A DNA stretch of 64,000 nucleotides from an uncultured Verrucomicrobiae bacterium (GCA_963764165.1 CAVXRD010000002.1:3104001-3168000), one strand, 5' to 3'. Counted from the stretch's first letter, positions 1 to 9,795 are shown. The notes: generated by a model not told the origin, from the sequence alone. Made by a program: numbers and translations.

Positions 1-1
1 G

Positions 2-3000
2 GGGACAAACTTGGTCGACATTTCGCAGAAGACCGGAAACGAAACGGATCCATCCATTGCCATCAGCCCCCTGAACTCCAGCAACATGGTGGTCGCCGCG
101 GCGACGGATGCCCAGCAGCCGGGCCTTTTTTTTGCCTTTACTACCAACCTCGGCAAAACGTGGTACACCAATTACATCGCCACCAATTCGGATTCCCAAG
201 GATTAACCCCGGGTTATGGCGAGCCCTCGGTGGCCTGGGATTCCTTCGGGAATTTGTTCCTGGCGTATATGCCCTACACTTTCGAGGGCGTTGCCATCGC
301 GGTGAGCACGAATAACGGCAGCAACTTCATGTTCGTCACCAACCTCGCCAAATTTGACTCGACGGATCAGCCGCGCATCACCTCCGCCTACTCGGGGAAG
401 GGGGCTGGCAGCGTCTGGGTCGTCTATAAAGACTACACGACGACGATGCCGATCTTTTCCCCGCTTCAGGTTCAATCCGCTCTCTCCACCGGCCTCGGGT
501 CCATCGGGACGTTTGGCGTTCCCCAAATTGTGCCGGAATCGACCGACGGCGGATTCGCGGACATCGCTGTCGGGCCGCTGGGACAGGTCATGGTGGCGTT
601 CCAGGACAATCTCGATGGCGATCCAGATCCCGCCGCCTATCCCACCGCCAATATCTGGGCTGCCTTCGAAACAAACGATTACACCGGCGGCATCATCACC
701 AACAGCGGGTTTTTGGACGCGGAAATCATTGCCTCGGATGCGATTGGCGGGCGCACTTACATTGCGGCGGCGCCCACGGGTATCGGCATCAACGCCGCGC
801 CGGGATTGATGTGGAATTGCAATGCAAATTCCACCAATTACGACGAAGTTGGCATCGTCTATACCGCCGTTGGCCCGAACCAGAGCGCGGTGATCAATTA
901 CCTGACTTCGACGGATTTTGGAACCAACGCCTTGGGGGTCTCGACCAATTGGAATCAAACCTATGTGGACGACGACGCGGCTCAAGGCAACGCCGACCAT
1001 TTCCTGCCCCGCACGGCCATCGACCAGGAAACGGGCATCCTCGTGTGCTCCTGGTTTGACTGCCGCAACGATCAGGGCGGCGCTTCGGCGCCGATCACAA
1101 ACGTGTTTACGGCTAAGTTCACCTTCAGCAGCCTTTCGATGGTGACGAATGTCTTTTTCACCAATGACATTCCGGATATTTCGGAAACGTGGACAACGAG
1201 CACCTCCGGCAAAACGACCAACATCAGCATCTTCCTCACCGCCGACAACGCTGGAGGAACCGTGATCACCAATGACGGCATTTCGCAGATTTTCGTAGGC
1301 GATTCCACCACGACAAATTTCATCATGGATCTGGCTGGGACAAACGAGGGCAGCGTGACGGTCACGATCACTGTTACGAATCTAAACACGGAAGGTTACA
1401 CGGGCGGAACTCCGAATTCGGAACCTGTCATGTACTCGACCATCAGTTTTGACGGCGGCAGGACGTTTCTCGCGAATCAACAATTAAGCCCAGCCAATCA
1501 GCTTATTGTGAAACCGGCGGTTGGGGTTGCTTCCGAGGTGTCCGGGTCGACCAGCCTGACGGGCTGGGGCCATTACACGGGCCTGGCGGCGTATGGCGCG
1601 AGCTTCTTTCCTGTCTGGCCGGATAACTCCGATGTCACCACCAATAATCCAGACGGGGCGCACAAAAATTTTGATCTTTACATGATCACTTCCGGGCCGG
1701 GCCAATCCGGGATCTCCGTGCCGGTTGCGAATTTGAGGATTTGGGTGACGAATTCGCCCAACCCCGTCATTTCCGCCGGGGTGCTCGTTTATTCCGTCAT
1801 CGTCAGCAACGGCGGCCCCAAGACCGCGACTCCGCTTACGGTTACGAATATACTCTCGACCAATGTGACGCTTATTCCAAACGGCGTCATTCCGGCCTTG
1901 GGCGGAACCTACACGGTCGACTACACAACCAACGGCCAGGAGGAAGTTATTTTCAATCTGCCGTCGCTCCCCGCCTTGGGTTTGCTGACGAACACGATTC
2001 GTGTCACCGCAACCACTTCGGGTATCGATACAAATTTTGCCTCGGTGTATACTCCGTTCATCAATCTCTCGCCGACCAACGCGACCAATCAACTTGTCGT
2101 TATCGTGGAGGGCCAGGATTTGACGATGAGCCTCGGCGCCTCCGAGACCAATGTGCTCATTGGCGACACCGTCGTCAGTTGGGTAACGGTGACCAATCTT
2201 GGCCCCGCCACCAACGGGCCGGTCTACATCACCAATTATTTCTCCCCCAATTGGACAAACGTCACGATCCAAGCCCAAGGCACCAATCTCGTCACCAACA
2301 CGCCGTCGGGAACCATCGTCATCGCGGATTTGGGGCTTTTGCCAGTCGGCAAGCCCGTCACCGCCTATTTCACCGCTGTGGCGCTGAGCGGCGACGCCTT
2401 TGGAGACACCACCAACGCATCCGAATACGCGGTCGTTTCCAGCCAGGACTACGACACGAATTTGCTCGATAATGCGGCGGCCCTGAACTTCTACATCAAC
2501 GGCGAGAACCTTGCAGTCGGTTTGGTGACACCCGCCACCAACGTCGATCAGGGTGTTCCATTCGTATATTCGATTTACGTCACGAACCTGGGCAATTCAT
2601 ACTCGGGGCAGGTCGTTGTCACCAACATGCTTTCCACGAATTTGCAGCCGCTGTCGATATTGCAATCGCAGGGCACAGTTACAAACTACGGCGTCAGCAA
2701 TCAGCTCGTCTTCAACCTTGGCACGATTGGCGCCGGAGAAATTGCGGAGATGTCCATCACCGCCGAATCGATCGGCCTGCCGCCGGTCGCCACAAGCTCA
2801 GTCACTGTGTCCAGCTCTGACTTTGACTTGAATCTTGTCAACAACAGCGTCACCAACGCCATTGGCATTAACGGGGAAGATCTTGCCGTCGTCGTGACTC
2901 CGTCGAGCGCGAGCGTCGACTTGGGGCAATCCGTGACGTTCTCCATCGTGGTCGACAATTTCGGGCTTTCCTACAACGGCGTGATTACAGTGACCAACGT

Positions 3001-4678
3001 CGTTTCCTCAAACCTTGTGGTGACGGGCGAGACTCAATCACAGGGCACAAACGTCACCACCGGCAATCAAACGGTGTTCACGCTCGGGGCGCTCGGAGTC
3101 AGGCAATCCGCGGTTTTGACAGTGACCGCGATGGCTGTCTCCGGCCCGGCGCCTGCCACTGACGTGGCGCTAGTGTCGGAAACCGACTTCGACCTTTTCC
3201 CGGCCAACAACGCGGCAACCAATGCCATCACTGTCAACAATGAGGATTTGGCCATCGGAGTGACCGTCTCTCCCTCTACCCAGCAAGTCGGCCAGCCGGT
3301 GACCTTCAATGAAATCGTCACGAACATAGGGCTGTCCTTTAACGGTGATGTCCTCGTGACCAACACGATTTCCACCAACCTTGGCAGCATCACCGTCCTG
3401 CGCCCATCCAGCTACACCATCAATGGCAATGTGATTGTTTTCGATCTCGGGCAATTAAGCGCGGGCCAGACGGTTCCGATCGCCGTATCGGCCATTCCCA
3501 CGAGCGTTGGCACCGGCTCGCTGGCGGCGGGAGTGAGCAGCCTCAGCTTCGACACAAACCTTGCCAACAATTCCGCCACCGCCAAGCTCACCATCACCAA
3601 GGCGCTGCCGATGATCAGCAATATCGTCGTGACCCCGCTGGCCAGCAGCGCGTTCATCTCCTTCAAGACGGGCTACCCGGCGACGGTGCAGGTGCTTTAC
3701 GGGAACACGACAAACTACGGCAGCGTCACATCCGAAACTTCCGCCGCCACGACCAATCACGCTGTGTTATTGACGGGATTGGCGGGCGGCACCAATTACG
3801 ATTTTCAAATCCAGGCCACCGTGTATTCAAAATTATACACGACGAATGGAACATTCAGCACCACCACCAATTTAATTCTGACCACGGTGGACGCGCGTTA
3901 CTCGGGCTTGTGGACAGAAGGCGCCGGCATTCCCGGGATTTATGACACGACATATCAGTACACGCGAACCACCAACAGCAACGCAAATGCCTGGTCGAGT
4001 TTTGATCCGTCTATTCCGGCATCCGGATTATACAACGTGTACGTTTGGTATCCACAAAACGTGAATTTCACCACCAACGCCCAGGTTTACTTTTACGGCG
4101 CGACGAATCAGTTCAGCCTTTCGGTCAACCAAACCACCAACGGCGGAGCCTGGCTGCCGCTGGCGACCAACATGTATTTCAGCAGCGGCACCAACGGCGC
4201 TGTGCTCTATTACAACGACACTGGCGAAACCAACAAGTACCTCGTCGTCGACGCCATGATGTGGACATACGACGCGGCGCAGGATTATCCGACGAACGGA
4301 ACTGTGCCGGCGTGGTGGGCGAATTTTTATTTTGGCACCAACGTCAACGGCTACGTCAATGGCGCCAGCGACGTGAATGGAACCGGCTATTCTGTATTTG
4401 ACGATTACGTGCTTGGCCTCAATCCGACAGACACGAATTCAACCGTGAATTTCACTGTGGCCCCCATGCCGGGAAGCCAGGTCGCGGTGACATTCTCGCC
4501 ATGGCAGGGCGGCCGCAATTACGAACTGCAAAGCACGACCGACCTATCACAAGGCGCTTGGACCACGCTGACGAACACTTACACAGTCGGCACGAATGGA
4601 TCTGGAACATTTATTGTTTCCCAGCCCAATGCGGTCAATGCCTTCTATCGGTTGCAAGCCCAATTGAGCGGGCAGTAG
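2..4678 (+). CDS. Large secreted multidomain protein (5'-truncated by the window edge): sialidase/BNR-like N-terminus, several DUF11-like Ig repeats, FN3-like and golvesin/Xly-CBD-like domains, C-terminal 'W...FYRL' domain
   Basis: The frame is open from base 2. It has Asp-box-like motifs (STNNGSNF, SFDGGRTF), repeated 'DL.v...v.N.G...v.vtn.l...N N' DUF11-like units, a 'SGLYNVYVWYP...NQTTNGGAW...VVDAM' motif and the terminus NAFYRLQ. Confidence 0.8.
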   Translation, partial: GTNLVDISQKTGNETDPSIAISPLNSSNMVVAAATDAQQPGLFFAFTTNLGKTWYTNYIATNSDSQGLTPGYGEPSVAWDSFGNLFLAYMPYTFEGVAIAVSTNNGSNFMFVTNLAKFDSTDQPRITSAYSGKGAGSVWVVYKDYTTTMPIFSPLQVQSALSTGLGSIGTFGVPQIVPESTDGGFADIAVGPLGQVMVAFQDNLDGDPDPAAYPTANIWAAFETNDYTGGIITNSGFLDAEIIASDAIGGRTYIAAAPTGIGINAAPGLMWNCNANSTNYDEVGIVYTAVGPNQSAVINYLTSTDFGTNALGVSTNWNQTYVDDDAAQGNADHFLPRTAIDQETGILVCSWFDCRNDQGGASAPITNVFTAKFTFSSLSMVTNVFFTNDIPDISETWTTSTSGKTTNISIFLTADNAGGTVITNDGISQIFVGDSTTTNFIMDLAGTNEGSVTVTITVTNLNTEGYTGGTPNSEPVMYSTISFDGGRTFLANQQLSPANQLIVKPAVGVASEVSGSTSLTGWGHYTGLAAYGASFFPVWPDNSDVTTNNPDGAHKNFDLYMITSGPGQSGISVPVANLRIWVTNSPNPVISAGVLVYSVIVSNGGPKTATPLTVTNILSTNVTLIPNGVIPALGGTYTVDYTTNGQEEVIFNLPSLPALGLLTNTIRVTATTSGIDTNFASVYTPFINLSPTNATNQLVVIVEGQDLTMSLGASETNVLIGDTVVSWVTVTNLGPATNGPVYITNYFSPNWTNVTIQAQGTNLVTNTPSGTIVIADLGLLPVGKPVTAYFTAVALSGDAFGDTTNASEYAVVSSQDYDTNLLDNAAALNFYINGENLAVGLVTPATNVDQGVPFVYSIYVTNLGNSYSGQVVVTNMLSTNLQPLSILQSQGTVTNYGVSNQLVFNLGTIGAGEIAEMSITAESIGLPPVATSSVTVSSSDFDLNLVNNSVTNAIGINGEDLAVVVTPSSASVDLGQSVTFSIVVDNFGLSYNGVITVTNVVSSNLVVTGETQSQGTNVTTGNQTVFTLGALGVRQSAVLTVTAMAVSGPAPATDVALVSETDFDLFPANNAATNAITVNNEDLAIGVTVSPSTQQVGQPVTFNEIVTNIGLSFNGDVLVTNTISTNLGSITVLRPSSYTINGNVIVFDLGQLSAGQTVPIAVSAIPTSVGTGSLAAGVSSLSFDTNLANNSATAKLTITKALPMISNIVVTPLASSAFISFKTGYPATVQVLYGNTTNYGSVTSETSAATTNHAVLLTGLAGGTNYDFQIQATVYSKLYTTNGTFSTTTNLILTTVDARYSGLWTEGAGIPGIYDTTYQYTRTTNSNANAWSSFDPSIPASGLYNVYVWYPQNVNFTTNAQVYFYGATNQFSLSVNQTTNGGAWLPLATNMYFSSGTNGAVLYYNDTGETNKYLVVDAMMWTYDAAQDYPTNGTVPAWWANFYFGTNVNGYVNGASDVNGTGYSVFDDYVLGLNPTDTNSTVNFTVAPMPGSQVAVTFSPWQGGRNYELQSTTDLSQGAWTTLTNTYTVGTNGSGTFIVSQPNAVNAFYRLQAQLSGQ

Positions 4679-4699
4679 AGAAGAAGAGGGAAGAATTTA

Positions 4700-4851
4700 T
4701 TAATCAGGAACGACCGAACTCAGGAAAGGAGGCTTGGGATCGTTGTCCGAATTATGGGAGTAATGGGAATGAGGGGAGCGATGGGAGCGAACTAACGATG
4801 CGCGTGAGACCACTTTGGCTTCTTTTCCTGAGTTCGGTCGTTCCTGATTAA
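4700..4851. repeat. Palindromic intergenic element with a perfect 28-bp inverted repeat
   Basis: TTAATCAGGAACGACCGAACTCAGGAAA (4700-4727) is the exact reverse complement of 4824-4851. The spacer contains ATGGGA repeats. A solo arm (25/27 identical) lies at 22927-22953. Confidence 0.85.
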
Positions 4852-4876
4852 AAACCCCTTCCCTTTCCCCTTCCCC

Positions 4877-6457
4877 TCAGTTCGTGGCCCAATAACAATA
4901 TTCGATGTTCGGGAAGATATTGTCGCTCTGTTCGACTTGTGAGAGCCACGGCTCGTCCACTTCGCCGGCGGTGATTTGCCGGTGCAATTCGAGAAATCTT
5001 GCCAGATGGTCCTTCACCCGCCGCGTGGCGTATTCCGGGCTTGTGCCGGTGCGAAGGATGAATGGCCAATCGCTTGACTGTGCCAGCATGAGTTCGCGCC
5101 CAGCCTGGCAAAGCGCGCGGCGCAGGGTGCCTTCCGCATTTGGAAATGCGTCCGCCAATTCCGTCATGCGCGCTTGCGCGATGCGCAGATGCGGATAAAT
5201 CCATTCGTTGGATTCGTTGAGCCATACCCGCCAAAATCCTTCCTCGCCCCAGCTCGATGCCGCTGGCGTGGCGACTTGCTGGGTCGGCTGCTTCTTCAAG
5301 TATTCGCTCGGGGTAACCAGCGTAAAAACCTTTTGGTCAAAGTAGGCCTTGCGCATGAAATAATTCAAAAACTCCGGCCCTTCATACCACCAGTGGCCAA
5401 ACAACTCCGCGTCATAAGGAGACAAAACTAGTGGCGGCTTGTCCATGATCGCGCCCAGCTTGCCCAATTGATCCATGCGCGCCTGGAGAAAATGCGCCGC
5501 GTGCTCGTCCGCCGCGCGAAGAGCGGCAGTCCGGTCGTAAACCTGCTTGTCAAATGTATCGCCGGTGATGCGATGATATTTGATTCCCGTGAAACCTCGC
5601 ATGTCCGGGGTCGGCAAATAGGGTTTGATGTAGTCGAAATCCAAATCGAATCCAATGTCGCGGTAGAAATCGCGGTAGCGCCCATCGCCCGGATAACCCT
5701 GCTGCTTGCTCCAAACCTGCCGCGCCGATTCAAAATCGCGCCCGAAAGCGGCGACGCCATTCGGCGTGAAAATGGGCGCGAACACGCCGTAGCGCGGCCG
5801 GGGCGTGGCGTGCAAAAGCCCGTGTGTTTCCGTCACGAACCAGCGAATGTTCGCTTCCGCCAAAACTTCCTCGATGCCGTGCGAATAAGCGCACTCGGGA
5901 AGCCAGATGCCGCGCGGGTCGCGCCCGAAACACGAACGGTGGAAATCACGCGCCACCAAAATCTGCGCCCGCAGCGAAGGTTTGTCGTCCGCCAGCAGCG
6001 GCAGCAGCGCATGTGTCGCGGAGCACGTGGCGATTTCAATGAGATCGTCCTCCTCCATCCGCCGGAACGCGCCGACGATGTTCCGCCCGTAATCAAAATA
6101 CGTTTCGCGCAGGCTGGTGAATCGGTGGTGATACATCCACGCCAATTCGCGATAAGTCTTGTCCCAATGCGTGCGATGAATTTCGCTTTCCGCGAGTTGA
6201 ATCAGCCCGTCCAGATGGCGCACGTAGCGCTCCTGCAGCATCGGGTCGAGCAGCATGGCGCAGAGCGGCGGCGACATGGTAAGGGTCATGCGGGCCTTCA
6301 TGCCGTCGCGCTGCCACGATTCCATGATTTGGATCAGGGGCAGGTACGTTTCTGTGATGGCCTCGAAAAGCCAGTTCTCCTCCAGGAACTTCGAATGTTC
6401 CGGATGCCGGACAAACGGCAGGTGCGCGTGCAGCAATAGGGCAAAATGGCCTTGCAT
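4877..6457 (-). CDS. GH57 family 1,4-alpha-glucan branching enzyme (DUF1957-containing)
   Basis: Motifs HAHLPFVRHPE, WLFEAITETYLP, GIWLPEC, PYDAELFGHWWYEG and AQSSDWPFI. Confidence 0.95.
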   Translation of the reverse strand: MQGHFALLLHAHLPFVRHPEHSKFLEENWLFEAITETYLPLIQIMESWQRDGMKARMTLTMSPPLCAMLLDPMLQERYVRHLDGLIQLAESEIHRTHWDKTYRELAWMYHHRFTSLRETYFDYGRNIVGAFRRMEEDDLIEIATCSATHALLPLLADDKPSLRAQILVARDFHRSCFGRDPRGIWLPECAYSHGIEEVLAEANIRWFVTETHGLLHATPRPRYGVFAPIFTPNGVAAFGRDFESARQVWSKQQGYPGDGRYRDFYRDIGFDLDFDYIKPYLPTPDMRGFTGIKYHRITGDTFDKQVYDRTAALRAADEHAAHFLQARMDQLGKLGAIMDKPPLVLSPYDAELFGHWWYEGPEFLNYFMRKAYFDQKVFTLVTPSEYLKKQPTQQVATPAASSWGEEGFWRVWLNESNEWIYPHLRIAQARMTELADAFPNAEGTLRRALCQAGRELMLAQSSDWPFILRTGTSPEYATRRVKDHLARFLELHRQITAGEVDEPWLSQVEQSDNIFPNIEYCYWATN

Positions 6458-6474
6458 GGATTCGTGAGGGTGTC

Positions 6475-6741
6475 TTATTCGAGGTCTTTCGTCAAATGCG
6501 CCGCCATCGCTTTTGACTTAGCATAGACCGCCAGTCCCAGGACCATCGGAATCCCTTTCAAAATCAGCATGACCGGCCCCGAGGGCTGCGCCTCGTGCTG
6601 GAAGTATTGGGAAAATGCCGAAGAATGGTGCAACAAGTATAAAAAAATATCTGGCGAGCAGAGCGCCAGGCTGATAATCATCAACCCGCACGCCACCAGC
6701 CGAATCGTGAACAAGGCGGCCTTGGCGTAAGGGCTTGTCAT
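6475..6741 (-). CDS. Small membrane protein (two predicted TM helices)
   Basis: ATG at 6741 directly abuts the MITE, and the product has two hydrophobic segments. The longer ORF start (6801) lies inside the MITE. Confidence 0.6.
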   Translation of the reverse strand: MTSPYAKAALFTIRLVACGLMIISLALCSPDIFLYLLHHSSAFSQYFQHEAQPSGPVMLILKGIPMVLGLAVYAKSKAMAAHLTKDLE

Positions 6742-6742
6742 T

Positions 6743-6999
6743 GGTTCCTCACTGTTTTCAGTGGAGTGCGGATATGTCTTTGTGCTCCTCTGCGCACTCA
6801 TCTTCTCCGCGCGAGACTTCTTTTCTCTCTGGCAGGCCGTTGGCCATGCGTGTGATACCGTCCAAGATTTCCGGTGATCTCATTTTGTTTCATCGTGTCA
6901 TTAAACGCAATCGCGCGCAGAGGCGCAGAGAACGCAGAGTTTCCTCGCCGAAATGAATCAGATTTGCCGCTGCTATTCCACCGAAATCTTCGAGGAACC
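6743..6999. mobile_element. MITE-1 (257 bp, non-autonomous)
   Basis: Imperfect terminal inverted repeats (TIRs) GGTTCCTCACTGTTTTCAGTGGA / TTCCACCGAAATCTTCGAGGAACC, flanked by a perfect 8-bp direct repeat TTGTCATT (6735-6742, 7000-7007). Confidence 0.85.
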
Positions 7000-7048
7000 T
7001 TGTCATTCGTTCACAAGGCTTGAACCGGCGCTGCTGCGGATTCCACGC

Positions 7049-8911
7049 TTATGCCACCGAACTGACCAGCGGCGGTTTCAGCGTCTTGTCCTGCGGATGC
7101 GTTCCAACATCACCCTTGTAGGAAGTGTCGCGGCTGAACGTCAGGCTCGCCACGCGAGTCTCGACCCCGTCGGCGGAATGCGCGGCGGCGGGCAGGGAAT
7201 AATTTCCGTCCGGCAGCGCGAATCGGAAACTGAACGAACCGTCCGGGCGCAATTTGATCGGGCGATCGCCGATGGTGACTTTCGCGTCCGGCTCGGTCGC
7301 GCCGTAGATGATCAATTCCGCGTTCACCATGAACCAGAAACCGCGCTTCTTTTCCGCCGCGCCGCCAAACGGGCTGGAGACGCTCGACTCCGCGCCAAAT
7401 TGCGAACTCGGCAAGCTGAATTTCGCCGCGCCCATCGAGGAAATATTTTCCAATAGCTGGCGGCGAATCAATTCCGTGATCTCGAGCGAACCGATCCAAA
7501 TGCGGCGCACCTGATCGATGGAAATGACTTCGGCCAGCGCCTTTTCCTGGGCGGGCGTCCATTCGGCAGCATGAACGGCTTCCGGCGTCGGAAGACTGCG
7601 ATAACCTTGCGTGCGCATCTGCTGCATCGCTTCCACCAGCGGCGTGTGTTCGCGAACGGCTCCTTTAACGAGAGACAGCAATTCGGTAAACGGCACTTCG
7701 CCCGGGATCGTGGCAAAGCGAATGGACGTGTCATCGGAAAGGCTGTCGGGCGGGGTAAAGGTCGCCGCCGAGCGGGCCAGCGAGACCCACTTGTGGGTGG
7801 TGTCCAAGTAGCCGATTTCGCCAAGATACTTGGTGGCCACCGAAGGCACCGGCGCAAACCAGGTGCGCGATTCGGGATGCACATGAATCTGCGAAATGGG
7901 CTCGCTTTCAAACGCGCCCTTGTAAATCCGGAGAATCAAATGCCCGTCCGCCGAGAGTCCGTTATACATCTTGAGCTGTTCCCGGCTGAAATCCCAATGC
8001 GCATAAAGCCAATGCGGGTCGCGCGCTGTCAAAAATAATTTCTGCGTGCCGTAGGATTCCGGCAACTCTGCCGCGGCAGCCGGCGCGGCTGTGCCGGGTG
8101 CGGACGGAGGCGTCGGCCCAAGCGCATAGCGCTGTCCGGGACCGCTTGCACTGGGCGCGGCGGGCGCATCTCCTTCCAGGAGAATCGGCGGAATCTTCAA
8201 CTTAGTGACACGGGAAGTCTTTTTGGCTTTCGCCTGCGTGGCCGCTGGAGCTGCCGGGGCCGCAGGAGTTGCAGGAGCTGTGGCAACGGAAGTTGGCGCC
8301 GGAGTTGGAGCTGGCTTTTTGGCGGGCGTGGGCGTCGGCTCGGGCTTGGGAGCGGAGACAGATGCCGGGGCTGGAGCAGACGCCTTGGATTTGGCGGCTG
8401 CTGGCGCTGGAGTCGGGGCCGGGACTGGCTTCTTAGCGGGCGCGGGCGCGGGCTCAGGCTTCGCAGCAGGCGCTGGTGCCGGTACTGCTGGTGCCTTGGG
8501 CTTGGCGGCCACTGGAACTGCAGCCGGGGCCGGGGCCGGCGCGGGCTTCTTAGCGGGCACCGGAGCAGGCGCAGATTTGGGAGCAGGCGCCGGGGCCGGA
8601 GCTGCCGTTTTGGACTTGGCGACGGCGGGAATTGGAGCCGGAGCGGGAGCAGGGGCCTTGGATTTCGCGGTCGCTGGCGCGGGAACCGGAGCTGAGGCAG
8701 GCGCAGGGGCAGCGGGTTTCTTGGCTGGAGTTGGAGAAGGTGCCGGAGCAGCGGGTTTTTTCGCAGGCTCGGGGGCTTTTGCCTTCGCAGCGGAAGCTGC
8801 TGGAACTACAGGCGCAGCTGGTGTGGTGGCTTTGGAAACGGTTGCAGTTTTCGCGGGCTTTGCCGGCTCGGCGGCAGCTTTGCGCGATCCTTTTTTGTCT
8901 TTCTTGCTCAT
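7049..8911 (-). CDS. DUF4912-domain protein with a long Pro/Ala/Lys-rich (histone-H1-like) N-terminal region
   Basis: LPESYG..L.ARDPHWLYAHWD motif and a C-terminal 'FWFMVNAELIIYGATEPDAKVTI...RPDGSF' Ig-like domain; lies upstream of GH57. Start placed at MSKKDKK. Confidence 0.85.
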   Translation of the reverse strand: MSKKDKKGSRKAAAEPAKPAKTATVSKATTPAAPVVPAASAAKAKAPEPAKKPAAPAPSPTPAKKPAAPAPASAPVPAPATAKSKAPAPAPAPIPAVAKSKTAAPAPAPAPKSAPAPVPAKKPAPAPAPAAVPVAAKPKAPAVPAPAPAAKPEPAPAPAKKPVPAPTPAPAAAKSKASAPAPASVSAPKPEPTPTPAKKPAPTPAPTSVATAPATPAAPAAPAATQAKAKKTSRVTKLKIPPILLEGDAPAAPSASGPGQRYALGPTPPSAPGTAAPAAAAELPESYGTQKLFLTARDPHWLYAHWDFSREQLKMYNGLSADGHLILRIYKGAFESEPISQIHVHPESRTWFAPVPSVATKYLGEIGYLDTTHKWVSLARSAATFTPPDSLSDDTSIRFATIPGEVPFTELLSLVKGAVREHTPLVEAMQQMRTQGYRSLPTPEAVHAAEWTPAQEKALAEVISIDQVRRIWIGSLEITELIRRQLLENISSMGAAKFSLPSSQFGAESSVSSPFGGAAEKKRGFWFMVNAELIIYGATEPDAKVTIGDRPIKLRPDGSFSFRFALPDGNYSLPAAAHSADGVETRVASLTFSRDTSYKGDVGTHPQDKTLKPPLVSSVA

Positions 8912-9246
8912 AGCTAAACGTCCGAAGAACCAAGTGAAAATCAATCTGCCGGTTCACTATGGACGACCCGCCAGCCCCGCGCAAATGGAAAATTCCTCCT
9001 TGAAAATCAACGTGCCAACTGGCACGCGAATCCAATATCAAATCAAGCAATCTCGTCGCCGGGGATGATTGCGTCGTCGCGCAAGAATGCGGGGACCGGC
9101 CTGCTGACTCCTGCGCCACATCTGTTCGCATCGGAATGCGCATTAGGGCTGCGGAAACTTGCATAACGAACTTCTTTCGGCCATCCGATCACATCTATTC
9201 TGCCAAACCGTCACCGCCCACTTGACAGGCAAATTAGAATTTGACC

Positions 9247-9795
9247 ATGACTAGTTGCCCTTGCCAGCATTGCAATTCCGAACTTGAAATTGATGACCAA
9301 TTCATGGGGCAGACCGCAACCTGTCCATCGTGCGGGGCGGAAACTCGATTGGTCCCGGTCATTCGGGTTTCATTGCCAAAACCGGAGCCATCGCCCGCTG
9401 AGTCCGAGCCTGTCATTCTGAGAAGTAAAAACGTGGTCGTTACTAAGTCCCGATTTATCGTTGGTTCGAAGACTTTTTCCGTGCGCGGCATTACATCGGT
9501 TCAAGCGGTGGAAATCCCGGCGAGTTACTCCGGCCAAATTGTGGTCATTATTTTTGGAATTGTCATGGGACTGGCTGCCTTTGCAAACGATTTGCGCGGA
9601 GCCGGAGCTGTTTTGCTGGTTATCGCGCTGATGCTCTTGATCACCGGCGTCACATTGCTCTTCACAGTTAAGCCCAAATACCAGGTAGTAATTACCACAT
9701 CGAGCGGCGAGATTACTGCCTACGAGAGCCGGGACGACCAGGACATTTCAAGTGTCGTGCATGCCGTCAATGAAGCCATTGTCGCTTTGGGATGA
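9247..9795 (+). CDS. Zn-ribbon + DUF6232-like membrane protein
   Basis: N-terminal CxHC...CPSC, a 'VVVTKSRFIVGSKTFSVRGITSV' motif and two TM helices. Confidence 0.7.
   Translation: MTSCPCQHCNSELEIDDQFMGQTATCPSCGAETRLVPVIRVSLPKPEPSPAESEPVILRSKNVVVTKSRFIVGSKTFSVRGITSVQAVEIPASYSGQIVVIIFGIVMGLAAFANDLRGAGAVLLVIALMLLITGVTLLFTVKPKYQVVITTSSGEITAYESRDDQDISSVVHAVNEAIVALG

Noticed and set aside
9011..9026. CGTGCCA-AC-TGGCACG palindrome / sigma54-like -24 box
   Set aside because: No correctly spaced -12 TTGC, and a single short occurrence.
8205..9068. 287-aa Gly/Ala-rich ORF on the + strand
   Set aside because: Antisense shadow of the Pro/Ala/Lys repeat region of the DUF4912 gene.
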